From: Pseudomonadota bacterium
Lineage (GTDB): Bacteria > Pseudomonadota > Gammaproteobacteria > Arenicellales > UBA868
Assembly (NCBI GenBank): GCA_002718155.1
Contig: PBDS01000019.1
Coordinates: 21,227-85,226, forward strand
Direction: 5' to 3'
DNA: 64,000 nucleotides
Positions 34,109-43,868 of this stretch are shown piece after piece; position 1 is the first letter of the stretch, and each line of letters starts with the position of its first letter. The notes under the pieces are model-generated. The model did no database searches, was not told where the DNA came from, and saw nothing but the letters and a program-made list of their open reading frames with translations. The position numbers and the translations under genes are program-made.

Positions 34109-34912
34109 ATGACTGAAAAGCTGAGCGAGGCAAGCATCCAGCGTTACCAGCGGGACGGCTATATCGTGCCGGATACCCGGCTGCCGGCCGCGACGATGGC
34201 CCGGCTGCAGGCCGCCGTGGACGAGACCATTGACGCCAATCCCGAGATCCGGCCGGAGCACCTGGTCAGCGCACACATCGACCGCAAGAACGACGAAGGC
34301 GTTCGCGGCCACAGCGCCTGGCTCGAACTTGCCCGAGACCCGCGGATACTCGACCTTGTCGAACAACTGATCGGTCCCGATATCATCCTGTGGGGCTGTC
34401 AGGTGTTCTGTAAGCCGGCCGGCGATGGCATGGAAGTGCCCATGCATCAGGACGGCCACTACTGGCCCATCCGACCACTCGCCACCTGCACCGCCTGGGT
34501 CGCCATCGACCACAGCACGGTCGAGAACGGCTGCCTGCGGGTCGTGCCGGGATCACACGCCGGGGAACACTACTATCAACACGCCAAATCGGACCGCGAA
34601 AATCTGGTGCTGAACCAGCACGTCGACGACCCGAGCGCTGACCTCGACAATGCCGTCGATGTCGAGCTTGAACCGGGCCAGTTTTCACTGCACGATGTCT
34701 ATATCATCCACGGCTCGAACCCCAACACATCCGGCAAACGGCGGGCCGGGGTGGCCATACGCTACATGCCCGCAACCAGTCATTTCAACCGTGAGTTGTA
34801 CGCAACCAGTGACGGTTCCGGATACCTGGTCAATTTCGCCAGCCGCCCGCTGTGGCTGCTGCGCGGTGCCGACCAGGCCGGCAACGATCTCAAGATCGGC
34901 CACACCGCCTGA
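34109..34912 (+). CDS. Phytanoyl-CoA dioxygenase (PhyH) family Fe(II)/2OG oxygenase
   Basis: YQRDGYIV start, HxD as PMHQDGHYW, and distal His in IIHGSNPNTS..RR. Confidence 0.85.
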   Translation: MTEKLSEASIQRYQRDGYIVPDTRLPAATMARLQAAVDETIDANPEIRPEHLVSAHIDRKNDEGVRGHSAWLELARDPRILDLVEQLIGPDIILWGCQVFCKPAGDGMEVPMHQDGHYWPIRPLATCTAWVAIDHSTVENGCLRVVPGSHAGEHYYQHAKSDRENLVLNQHVDDPSADLDNAVDVELEPGQFSLHDVYIIHGSNPNTSGKRRAGVAIRYMPATSHFNRELYATSDGSGYLVNFASRPLWLLRGADQAGNDLKIGHTA

Positions 34913-34990
34913 GCGGGCCATCTCAGCGGACCCCTGGATCTTGATCCGCGACTTCACTGGCCGCCCGAGCGCCGGCCTTCGGAGCCCAAC

Positions 34991-36088
34991 GTGCTGATCG
35001 ATACTGAACCACTGTGCAGGCTGGTCAGCGAGATCTTTGTCCAGTCCGGCTGCAGCACCGCCGAGAGCGAACGAATCGCCCGACACCTGGCCTCCGCCAA
35101 CCTCACCGGCCACGACAGCCACGGCGTGATCCGGGTACCCCGCTACGTCAACTGGCTGAATGCGGGCAACCTGAGAGCGGGCCAGTCGATCTCCATGGTC
35201 ACGGAAACGGAGGTCTTTGCCGTGGTCGATGGCAATCGCGGTTTCGGCCAGACCATCGGTGAGCAGGCCGTACAACTGGGCATCGACAAGGCCGCTGCCA
35301 GCGGCATATCAATCATTGCCCTTCGCCGCTCGGGACATCTGGGCAGGATCGGCGACTGGGCCGAGATGGCGGTCGAATCGGGCCTGATCTGCATTCACTT
35401 CGTGAACGTGGCCGGCAGCCTGCTGGTTGCACCGTTCGGCGGTGTCTCTCGTCGGATGTCGACCAACCCGGTGACCATCGGCGTGCCACTGGTCGGCAAG
35501 CCACCGCTGATTCTCGACTTTGCGACCGCCCGGGTCGCCGAGGGCAAGGTCCTGGTGGCCGCCACCGGCGGCGCTCCCCTGCCCGAAGGTTCGTTGGTCT
35601 CCGGCGATGGCGAGCCGACCAGCGACCCGCGAGCCCTGTACGGTGACGTGGATCCGACCCGCACCACCGGCAAACGCCCTGGCAGCGGTGCGATCCGGAC
35701 CATGGGTGAACACAAGGGTTCGGGCCTTGCCCTGATGTGCGAGATGCTGGCCGGGGCGCTGACCGGAGGCGGCTGTGCCGGACCGGACAAGCCGTATATC
35801 ATGAACGGCATGCTGTCGATCTATATATCGCCCTCCCATCTGGACACCGGGCATACGTTTGCCGAAGAGGCACGCCAGTACGTTGATTTTTTCACCGCCA
35901 GTGAGCCGGCTGCAGGCCACGACAAAGTGCAGGTACCAGGTGAACCCGAGCGACGTCTCCGGGCTGAGCGGACGGCCGCCGGCATTCCACTGCCCGAGAC
36001 GGTCTGGCATGCAATCCGCCAGACAGCTCGTGAGGCCGGCCTGCCCGACAAAAAGATCAACGATCTCACCGCACCATGTGCATCCTGA
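34991..36088 (+). CDS. Ldh_2-family (malate/L-lactate/sulfolactate dehydrogenase type 2) oxidoreductase
   Basis: GTG start. ANLTGHDSHGVIRVPRYVNWL and GEHKGSGLALMCEMLAG are hallmark Ldh_2 strings. Confidence 0.85.
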   Translation: MLIDTEPLCRLVSEIFVQSGCSTAESERIARHLASANLTGHDSHGVIRVPRYVNWLNAGNLRAGQSISMVTETEVFAVVDGNRGFGQTIGEQAVQLGIDKAAASGISIIALRRSGHLGRIGDWAEMAVESGLICIHFVNVAGSLLVAPFGGVSRRMSTNPVTIGVPLVGKPPLILDFATARVAEGKVLVAATGGAPLPEGSLVSGDGEPTSDPRALYGDVDPTRTTGKRPGSGAIRTMGEHKGSGLALMCEMLAGALTGGGCAGPDKPYIMNGMLSIYISPSHLDTGHTFAEEARQYVDFFTASEPAAGHDKVQVPGEPERRLRAERTAAGIPLPETVWHAIRQTAREAGLPDKKINDLTAPCAS

Positions 36089-36143
36089 ACGACCCCGGCG
36101 CCTTCTTGCCCCTGCTGTTCGACCACCCGTACCGCCGCACAGA

Positions 36144-37160
36144 ATGAGCAAAGGGCAGCCGTTTATCGGCATCGTACAGGGTGACGCCTGTGGTATCGGT
36201 CCCGAACTGCTGCCCAAGCTGCTGCAGGGCCTTGAAGAGAACGAAAAAAACCGGGTGCTGGTGATCTCTGACCGGCGGGTCCTGGAGGCCGGCTGCGTGG
36301 TCAGCGGACTGGAGATTTCCTGCAAGGCCTTGCATGAGCGGGCCGCTATCGACCCTCACTGTGGCGAGATCCAGCTGCTCGACGTACCGTGCCTCGACCC
36401 GGCCGGCATCGTTCCAGGCACGGTCTCGGCTGATGCCGGCCGCGCGGTGCTGGAGACATTTGGCCTTGCCATTGACCTTGCCAAGGCGGGGACCGTCGAC
36501 GGGATCTGCTTCATGCCGTTCAACAAGGCCGCCATGCACCTTGCCGGCATCGGCGTTGAAGACGAGCTGACCTGGGCAAAAGCGAGACTCGGCGTGACCA
36601 GCCGGGCCAGCGAGTTCAACGTGATCGACGGCATGTGGAATGCCCGGGTCACGTCACATGTCCCGCTCAAGGACGTCGCGGGCAGGCTGACCATTGAACT
36701 GATCGTCGAGGCGATCGTCCTGGCCGATCAGACGCTGAAAAGAGCCGGCTATGCCAACCCCCGGATCGCCGTCGCAGCGCTCAACCCCCACGCCGGCGAT
36801 GGCGGTGCCATCGGCAAAGAGGAGATCGACACCATCGCCCCCGCGGTTGAAAAAGCCGCGCTGCAGGAGATCGAGGTCCACGGGCCGTTCCCGAGCGATA
36901 CGCTGTATCTCAAGGTCCGTGACGGCCAGTATGACTGTGCCCTGAGCATGTATCACGACCAGGGTCAGATCGCGATCAAACTGCTGGGCTTCGACCAGGG
37001 TGTGTCGGTGCTCGGCGGCCTGCCGGTGCCGATCACCACCCCCGCTCACGGCACGGCTTTTGACATTGTTGGCACAAACACCGCAAACGTGCGCGCCGCA
37101 CGAAATGCTTTTCGCATGGTGGTCGCCATGGCGCAGGGCCGCGCCCATCGCCATGCCTGA
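36144..37160 (+). CDS. PdxA-family NAD-dependent (decarboxylating) dehydrogenase
   Basis: Track ORF 35859..37160 trimmed to ATG 36144 (MSKGQPFIGIVQGDACGIGPEL). Carries ALNPHAGDGG, MYHDQGQIAIK and TTPAHGTAFDI. Confidence 0.85.
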   Translation: MSKGQPFIGIVQGDACGIGPELLPKLLQGLEENEKNRVLVISDRRVLEAGCVVSGLEISCKALHERAAIDPHCGEIQLLDVPCLDPAGIVPGTVSADAGRAVLETFGLAIDLAKAGTVDGICFMPFNKAAMHLAGIGVEDELTWAKARLGVTSRASEFNVIDGMWNARVTSHVPLKDVAGRLTIELIVEAIVLADQTLKRAGYANPRIAVAALNPHAGDGGAIGKEEIDTIAPAVEKAALQEIEVHGPFPSDTLYLKVRDGQYDCALSMYHDQGQIAIKLLGFDQGVSVLGGLPVPITTPAHGTAFDIVGTNTANVRAARNAFRMVVAMAQGRAHRHA

Positions 37161-37212
37161 TCAAAGAGATTCATAATCTGAGCCTGCAAAACCCCTCACT
37201 ACAGGAGGTCTC

Positions 37213-38202
37213 ATGAAAGCCGTACAGTTCGATGCTTTTGGCCCGGCGCACGAAGCCGCTTGCTGTGCCGACGTGCCAGACCCGGGCGCCCCTGCAGACG
37301 ATGAGGTGGTGGTCGAGGTCATCGCCTTCCCGATCAATCCGGCAGACCTTCTGACCATCGAGGGCAAGTACGCGGCGCGACCGCCGCTGCCCTACACCCC
37401 GGGGGCCGAAGCGGTCGGGCAGATCAGTCAAACCGGGGCCGGGGTCGATGGCCTCGCCAGCGGCGATCACGTGATGCTGCTCAGCCGGGAGAACTGGGCG
37501 CAGAAGCGCAAAGTCAAAGCGGCCGAGGTGCTGAAGATCCAGACCCAGCCCGATCGACTGCTCCAGTACGCCATGCTCAAGGTCAACCCGGCCACCGCTG
37601 CCCTGATGCTGCGCGAATACGTCGAGCTCGAATCCGGGGACTGGCTCATCCAGGACGCGGCAAACTCTGCTGTCGGCCACTGTGTGATCCGACTGGCCAG
37701 GAAAGCCGGTATCCGGACCGTCAATGTCGTGCGCCGCGAATCGCTGGTCGCACCACTTAAGGCCTCCGGCGCCGACGTCGTGCTGGTCGACCTTGACGGG
37801 TTGAGCGGGCAGGTCAGCGAGGCCACCGGCGGCGGCCCGCGCCTGGCGATCGACGCCGTGGCAGGGGACACCAGCCTGCGTCTGGCCGAATGCCTGGCTG
37901 AAGGGGGTGTGCTGGTCAACTACGGGATGCTGAGCGGTGAGCCCTGCAAGATGATGCCGGACTGGCTGGTCTTTCGGCGACTGAGTCTGACCGGCTTCTG
38001 GCTCGCCAGGACACTTGGCCAGATGCCAAGAGCCGGGATCGAATCACTCTATGCGGAACTTGCCGGGCATGTCCAGGACGGCACCCTGGCGGTCGGGATC
38101 GAGGCGACCTATGACATCGCCGAGATCAAGAGTGCACTCGCGCATGCCGGACAGCAGGGCCGGGAGGGCAAGATCCTCGTGCTTCCTAACGGCCAGGTGT
38201 AA
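37213..38202 (+). CDS. MDR-superfamily quinone oxidoreductase / 2-enoyl thioester reductase-like
   Basis: ATG preceded by caggaggt. ...VEVIAFPINPADLLTIEGKYAARPPLPYTPGAEAVGQI resembles the zinc-free MDR (Etr1/MECR-type) subgroup. Confidence 0.8.
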   Translation: MKAVQFDAFGPAHEAACCADVPDPGAPADDEVVVEVIAFPINPADLLTIEGKYAARPPLPYTPGAEAVGQISQTGAGVDGLASGDHVMLLSRENWAQKRKVKAAEVLKIQTQPDRLLQYAMLKVNPATAALMLREYVELESGDWLIQDAANSAVGHCVIRLARKAGIRTVNVVRRESLVAPLKASGADVVLVDLDGLSGQVSEATGGGPRLAIDAVAGDTSLRLAECLAEGGVLVNYGMLSGEPCKMMPDWLVFRRLSLTGFWLARTLGQMPRAGIESLYAELAGHVQDGTLAVGIEATYDIAEIKSALAHAGQQGREGKILVLPNGQV

Positions 38203-38228
38203 ACACCCGTCTGTGCCGGGCCGGTGCT

Positions 38229-39164
38229 TTACGCGGTCACACAATCACCGTTGGTCGCGATGTCAAAGCCGATGGCTTCAAGGTCCGCCATCAGTGACGC
38301 AACCTGACCATCCGACAGCGCCGTCAACGGCGGCCGGGTCAGAGCCCAGTCGTCATCGCCGGTGAACCTGGCGGTCATGGCCTTGAGCGCCGGGATCATC
38401 GGGTAACCCTGCAGTGTGTTACGGATCTGGCTGATACGCGCCTGTAAATCGTCTGCCTTGCCCGACCCTTCCGCCCAGGCCGAATAGACTTTGCGTATAC
38501 CAGCCGGGTTAGCATTGCCGCTGGCGGTGATGCAGCCGGCGCCGCCGCCGCGCACGGTGTCGAGCAGAAAAGACTCCGAACCGGCAAAGGTGGCAAAGCC
38601 CGGGAATCCGTCCAGGATCGCCTGAGTGTTAGCCCAGTCACCGGAACTGTCTTTCAGGCCGACCACAGTGTCCGGATAACGCTCCACCAGCCGCTCGATC
38701 AAATCCAGACCGATCGGCACCTGGGCGACGGGCGGAATGTGGTAGAGGTAGACGTGCAGCCGCTGATCGGCGACCCGCTCGATGACTTCAGAGAAACTGG
38801 CAAACAGGCCGTCGGTGTCCACGGCTTTGTAGTAGAACGGCGGCAGCATCAGCACGCCGCCACACCCCCGGCTGACTGCGTGGGCGGTCAAGTCTGCGGC
38901 GTCCATGATCGAGCAGGCGCCGGTACCGGGCATCAACTTGCCGGCCGGCAGACCGTTTTCAAGCAACGCCTCCAGCAGCATCTTGCGTTCGGCGACCGTC
39001 AGCGAGTTGGCCTCGCTGGTGGTGCCGAAGATCGCCAGCCCGTCGACACCCTGGTCGAGCATCCACCGGCAGTGGCTGACAAAGGCACCAGCGTTGGGCG
39101 ACAGGTCGTCGTTAAAAGGTGTAATCACGGGCACCAACACGCCACTGAACCTTGTTCTGGTCAT
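38229..39164 (-). CDS. DapA-family (dihydrodipicolinate-synthase-like) aldolase/dehydratase
   Basis: GVLVPVITPF, IFGTTSEANSL (GTTGE-type motif), PPFYYK, and the Schiff-base Lys context VVGLKDSSGD. Confidence 0.85.
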   Translation of the reverse strand: MTRTRFSGVLVPVITPFNDDLSPNAGAFVSHCRWMLDQGVDGLAIFGTTSEANSLTVAERKMLLEALLENGLPAGKLMPGTGACSIMDAADLTAHAVSRGCGGVLMLPPFYYKAVDTDGLFASFSEVIERVADQRLHVYLYHIPPVAQVPIGLDLIERLVERYPDTVVGLKDSSGDWANTQAILDGFPGFATFAGSESFLLDTVRGGGAGCITASGNANPAGIRKVYSAWAEGSGKADDLQARISQIRNTLQGYPMIPALKAMTARFTGDDDWALTRPPLTALSDGQVASLMADLEAIGFDIATNGDCVTA

Positions 39165-39203
39165 GGGCAGAATCTCCGATTGGGGGTGAGTCCCTGCGGG
39201 ACG

Positions 39204-40343
39204 TCAGGCTTTGACCCGGAAGTCGCGAATAACCCCGGGGTCGGGTTCCAGCCCGAGCCCCGCGCCCTGCGGCACCTCGAGTTCACCATCGACGGGGTCG
39301 ATGGCGGACCCGTACAGGCTGCCTTCAAGGTCCATGTAGAAGCGCTCGAAAGGCACCTCACCGGGCATCGCCGAGATCAGCTGGGCGGTGGCCAGAAAGC
39401 CGGGGCCGAAATAGGGTGAATGCGGTGCGATGGCCACGTTGCCGGTCTCAGCGATTGCGGCCACTTTGAGAAATTCACTGACCCCACCGACCTTGGTGAC
39501 GCTGGGCTGGGCGTAATCAACCGCATTGAAATCGAACATCGACTGAAACTGCCACGCCGTACAGGCGTTCTCTCCGGATGCAGTCGGCACACCGTAAGCA
39601 TCGCGCAACTCGGCCAGACACTGGAAGTTCTCCGGCGGCCAGACCGGTTCCTCCAGCCAGTGCAGCCGGTACTCGGCCAGCTGCGGCACGATGGCAGCTG
39701 CCTCGAGTGGCGACCAGGCACAGTTCACATCGAGCATGATCGCGACCTCGTCACCGGCCGCCTCGCGCGCCGCGCGAACCGGTTGCACAGTCGACTCATG
39801 CAGTTTGATCAGGCGATAACCCTGTTCCAATGCATGGCCCGTGCGCTCGGCCACCACCTCCGGGTCCTGGTATTTCAAGAGGCTCGCGTAGGCCGGCAGT
39901 TTCGTTTTTCCACCGCCCAGCAACTGCCCCAGTGGCTGGCCCGCGATTTTTCCGGCCAGATCCCACAGCGCAATGTCGATGCCCGATATGGCGAACATCG
40001 AGACACCGTAACGACCCCACAGGTGCATCTGCACCTGCAGACTGTGCACCAGTGCCGCCCGGTCGTGCACGTCCTTACCGAGCACCAGCGGCCCTGCCAC
40101 GTCTTCGACCATCGCCGTGACTGCCCGCCGGCAGTTGTAACTGAAGGCCTCTCCCCAGCCCACCAGCCCTTCATCGGTCTCGATCCGTACCAGCACGACG
40201 TCGAGCGCTTTCCAGTCATTGCCCACCCAGGCAATCGACGGACCGCCGTGCGTGAACGGAATGCTCAGGGGTATCGCATCTACCTGTGAAATCTGCAACG
40301 GGTCTCTCCGGATGGGTGGGTTTAAGCTGGCGTATTCTGGCAT
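39204..40343 (-). CDS. Enolase-superfamily (mandelate racemase/muconate-lactonizing type) acid-sugar dehydratase-like
   Basis: VLVRIETDEGLVGWGEA capping domain. Metal-ligand contexts are IMLDVN, WLEEP and ASGEN. Confidence 0.85.
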   Translation of the reverse strand: MPEYASLNPPIRRDPLQISQVDAIPLSIPFTHGGPSIAWVGNDWKALDVVLVRIETDEGLVGWGEAFSYNCRRAVTAMVEDVAGPLVLGKDVHDRAALVHSLQVQMHLWGRYGVSMFAISGIDIALWDLAGKIAGQPLGQLLGGGKTKLPAYASLLKYQDPEVVAERTGHALEQGYRLIKLHESTVQPVRAAREAAGDEVAIMLDVNCAWSPLEAAAIVPQLAEYRLHWLEEPVWPPENFQCLAELRDAYGVPTASGENACTAWQFQSMFDFNAVDYAQPSVTKVGGVSEFLKVAAIAETGNVAIAPHSPYFGPGFLATAQLISAMPGEVPFERFYMDLEGSLYGSAIDPVDGELEVPQGAGLGLEPDPGVIRDFRVKA

Positions 40344-40533
40344 CTTCTGGAGTCACGTGCTGCGGGCAGCGCTGCCGCTGAGCATCGTCATTCCCGGCCG
40401 TCGACGATGACTGCGGAGAGCGCATGCTAGACTGCAGCGGAACAAAGACTGGCCCGTCATCGCCAGCCGGCAAGCCATCTCAAGCCGGAAAACACCGGCG
40501 TCCGCACACTGACAGTTACTGAAGAGGACAATC

Positions 40534-41340
40534 ATGCCCAAAGAACAGTTCGAGCTACCGACACCCTACATGCTTGCCGAGAAGGACTCAGGGGTCGGCT
40601 GGATGATTTTCAACAATCCGGAAAAACATAATGCGGTGAAAGTCGAGATGTGGGAGGCCATCCCAACCATTTTGGATTGCTTCGAACGCGACCCTGAGAT
40701 CAAGGTCATCGTGCTCAAGGGTGCCGGCGAGAAAGCATTTATCTCCGGCGCCGATATCTCCGAGTTCGAAACGGTCCGCTCGACCAAGGAGGCTACCAGC
40801 CATTACGAAGACATTGCCGACTCGGCCACTGAGCGGCTCTACCACTGCCCCAAGCCCACCATCGCGATGATTCGTGGCTACTGCATCGGCGGCGGCGCCG
40901 GCATTGCGGTGAGCTGTGACCTGCGGGTGGCGACCGAGGACTCACGGTTCGGTATTCCGGCAGCCAAACTCAGCGTCGGCTACCGGCACGGCGGCATCCG
41001 CAAGCTGGTCGACCTGGTCGGACCGTCCGTCGCCAAGGACATCTTCTTCACGGCACGGCAACTTTCCGCACCGGAAGCGCTGAACGTCGGACTGATCAAC
41101 CGCATGGTCCCGGACACAGAACTCGAAGACAGTGTCGCCGAGTACTGCCAGACGATCGGCGCCAACGCACCGCTGACGATCCGGTCAGTCAAGCAGATCG
41201 TCGGCCAGATCGTGAAACCCGACGGGTTCGACCAGGCCTTGTGTGAAAAACTGGTCGAGGACTGTTTCACCAGCGAGGACTACGTCGAGGGTCGCCGGGC
41301 GTTCATGGAAAAACGCAAAGCCGTTTTTAAGGGCCGCTGA
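40534..41340 (+). CDS. Enoyl-CoA hydratase/isomerase (crotonase) family
   Basis: GWMIFNNPEKHNAV...GAGEKAFISGADI...GYCIGGGAGIAVSCD. Confidence 0.9.
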   Translation: MPKEQFELPTPYMLAEKDSGVGWMIFNNPEKHNAVKVEMWEAIPTILDCFERDPEIKVIVLKGAGEKAFISGADISEFETVRSTKEATSHYEDIADSATERLYHCPKPTIAMIRGYCIGGGAGIAVSCDLRVATEDSRFGIPAAKLSVGYRHGGIRKLVDLVGPSVAKDIFFTARQLSAPEALNVGLINRMVPDTELEDSVAEYCQTIGANAPLTIRSVKQIVGQIVKPDGFDQALCEKLVEDCFTSEDYVEGRRAFMEKRKAVFKGR

Positions 41341-41391
41341 ACTCGCCCTGGCGCTGCGCTCGCGCCGGGGTGCACCGGCCAGGAGTCCGAC

Positions 41392-42435
41392 TCAGAACTC
41401 GAACACTCCCTTGCCGGTCTGCTGTCCATCGAACAGCGCATAAGCATCGCGCGCCTGTTCCAGGCAGTAGCGCTCCGTGAACAATGCGTCAACGTCGACA
41501 TCGTGGTCAACGATAAAACGCGCGCAGTCCGCCTGGCCACTGGTCGAGAAGGTCCACGAGCCGATCAGTGTGACCTGCCGGCGAATCATATCGTTGCTGA
41601 CGTCCATCGTGACCTCACCGCCTTCGCCAACGTAGCAGGCCTTGCCCCAGGTCCGCACACACTGCACGGCGGCAAGGCGCGCCGCGGGCGACGAACTGCA
41701 GTCCAGTGACAGGTGGGCACCCGGCCCGCCAGTCAGCTCGCGAATGCGTTTCACCGGGTCGTCCTGTGACGGATCGATCAGCGTGTCGGCGCCGAATGCA
41801 TCCGCCCGTGCCAGGCGTTCGGCACTGACGTCGAGCGCAATCACCCGTGCGCCCATCGCGGCCGCCAGCTGGGTCGCGCTAAGACCGACCGGCCCCTGAC
41901 CAAAGACCGCAATGGTGTCACCGGCCGAAAGACCCAGCCGACCGAGCGCGCCGTAGGCCGTACCGGTACCACAGGAGATCGCAGCGCCGGCAGCGAAGCT
42001 CAGGGCATCCGGTAACGGTACCAGGGTGCTCGCCGGCGCTTTCATGTAACGCGCATGGGCGCCGTGTCCCGTCGCACCGTAGACGACGACCCCCTCGCGG
42101 CACAGCTGGCCCCAGCCATCCTCGCAGTGGCTGCAGTGCCCGCAACCCTTGTAATGATGCACCATCACCCGGTCACCGATCCGCACCTGGCCGGCATCGA
42201 CAGCACTGCCGATCTCGGCCACCACACCACAGGGTTCGTGTCCGGCGATCACAGGGCTGCCGTCTCCACCAAGACCAAGTGCCGCGGCGCCGCCCACCAC
42301 CCGATAGAACTTCAGATCACTGCCGCACATCCCCGAAGCCTTGATCTCGAGCACCACCTCGTCCGGACCCGGCTCAGGGTCCGGGAACTCCATGAACTCG
42401 ATCTTTCGATCACCCAGAAATACCACACCTTGCAT
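41392..42435 (-). CDS. Zinc-dependent alcohol/polyol dehydrogenase (MDR)
   Basis: Catalytic CGSD and GHEPCGVV, structural-zinc loop CGHCSHCEDGWGQLC, and GxGxxG as VFGQGPVGL. Confidence 0.9.
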   Translation of the reverse strand: MQGVVFLGDRKIEFMEFPDPEPGPDEVVLEIKASGMCGSDLKFYRVVGGAAALGLGGDGSPVIAGHEPCGVVAEIGSAVDAGQVRIGDRVMVHHYKGCGHCSHCEDGWGQLCREGVVVYGATGHGAHARYMKAPASTLVPLPDALSFAAGAAISCGTGTAYGALGRLGLSAGDTIAVFGQGPVGLSATQLAAAMGARVIALDVSAERLARADAFGADTLIDPSQDDPVKRIRELTGGPGAHLSLDCSSSPAARLAAVQCVRTWGKACYVGEGGEVTMDVSNDMIRRQVTLIGSWTFSTSGQADCARFIVDHDVDVDALFTERYCLEQARDAYALFDGQQTGKGVFEF

Positions 42436-42581
42436 GATTCATCCTCCTGCCTGTTGCGCTCTGTCAGTCATCGGCGAGATGAAACCGCCAGACAACGACC
42501 TCTACAGCACCTCTCCCTGGCCTGCCCGGCTGGGAACCCAGTGACTTATATCCGCAGTTTGCCCATGGTTTCAAGCGCCGC

Positions 42582-43751
42582 TCAGCCCTCGAGTAACGCC
42601 TGGATCCGGGCCAGTGCAGCTTCGATATTGTCGACGCTGTTGGCGTAGGAGAAGCGGATGAAGCCTTCCCCCAAACGACCGAAACTGGTTCCGGCAACGG
42701 TCGCGACACCAGCCTCTTCCAGCAGCCGCCCCTGCAGTGCCCGGGCATCCACTCCGGTACCGGTGATATTCGGGAAGGCATAGAACGCACCGCCGGGCAT
42801 GCGGCAGCGGAATCCGGGAATCGCGTTCAGACCGTCGACGATGACGCGGCGGCGTTCGTCGAACGCGCCGACCATACTGTCGACGGCCTCCTGGGGGCCC
42901 TCGAGAGCGGCGATGCCGGCGTACTGGGCTGCGGCATTGACGCAGGAGTGACAGTTCACCGCCAGCCGGGTGGCGCCTTCGATCAGCGCTTTGGGCCAGA
43001 CCGCATATCCCATCCGCCAGCCGGTCATTGCATAGGTCTTGCTCCAGCCATCGAGCAGAATGAGCTGCTCTGCCAGTTCGGGATAGGCCAGCAGCGAGAC
43101 GTGCGTGCGCCCGTCGTAGGCGATCCGCGAATAGATCTCGTCGCTCAGTACCGCCACATGGGGGTGCTCGGCGAGTCCCGTAACCAGCCGGTCGATCTCC
43201 TCCTTCGGTACCGCACCGCCGGTCGGGTTGGCCGGTGAATTGAGTATCAGCAGGCGGGTCCTGGGCGTGATCTGCTCGAGTACGGCATTCGCATCGAAGG
43301 AGAAGTCCCGCTCCTCCAGCAGCGGGGTGGGCACCGCGGTCGCCCCAGAGAACTCGATCACCGACTCGTAGATCGGAAAACCCGGATTCGGGTACATAAT
43401 CTCGGCACCCGGCTCACCAAACATCAGTATGGCGAAGAACATCGTCACCTTGCCACCGGGCACCACCACGATCCGTTCCGGGCTGACCTCAACCCCGCGC
43501 CAGGTCAGCAGGTCGCGAGCAACCGCCTCACGCAGGGGCAGTATGCCCGGTGACGGTGTGTAACCATGATGACCGTCGTGCAACGCCCTGACCGCTGCTT
43601 CCACCACATGCTCCGGTGTCTTGAAATCCGGCTGGCCAATGCCAAGGTTGATGATGTCGCGGCCTTCACGGGTGAGCGCCTCGGCCCGCGCCAGAACTTC
43701 GAAGGCGGTCTCCGTTCCAAGCCGGCTCATCTTCTCTGATAGCTTCAGCAT
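42582..43751 (-). CDS. Class I PLP-dependent aminotransferase (aspartate-aminotransferase-like)
   Basis: INLGIGQPDF, NSPANPTG, and the PLP-Lys context GWSKTYAMTGWRMGY. Confidence 0.9.
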   Translation of the reverse strand: MLKLSEKMSRLGTETAFEVLARAEALTREGRDIINLGIGQPDFKTPEHVVEAAVRALHDGHHGYTPSPGILPLREAVARDLLTWRGVEVSPERIVVVPGGKVTMFFAILMFGEPGAEIMYPNPGFPIYESVIEFSGATAVPTPLLEERDFSFDANAVLEQITPRTRLLILNSPANPTGGAVPKEEIDRLVTGLAEHPHVAVLSDEIYSRIAYDGRTHVSLLAYPELAEQLILLDGWSKTYAMTGWRMGYAVWPKALIEGATRLAVNCHSCVNAAAQYAGIAALEGPQEAVDSMVGAFDERRRVIVDGLNAIPGFRCRMPGGAFYAFPNITGTGVDARALQGRLLEEAGVATVAGTSFGRLGEGFIRFSYANSVDNIEAALARIQALLEG

Positions 43752-43868
43752 ATCTGACCGTTGGTATCCGGTGAATCGCAGGTAATCATACCCGCAAACC
43801 CTCCGGCAGGAATACTCTTTGCCCGCCGTATCGATTCCATTAGACTTTAATCGTATTCCTCTGGCAGC

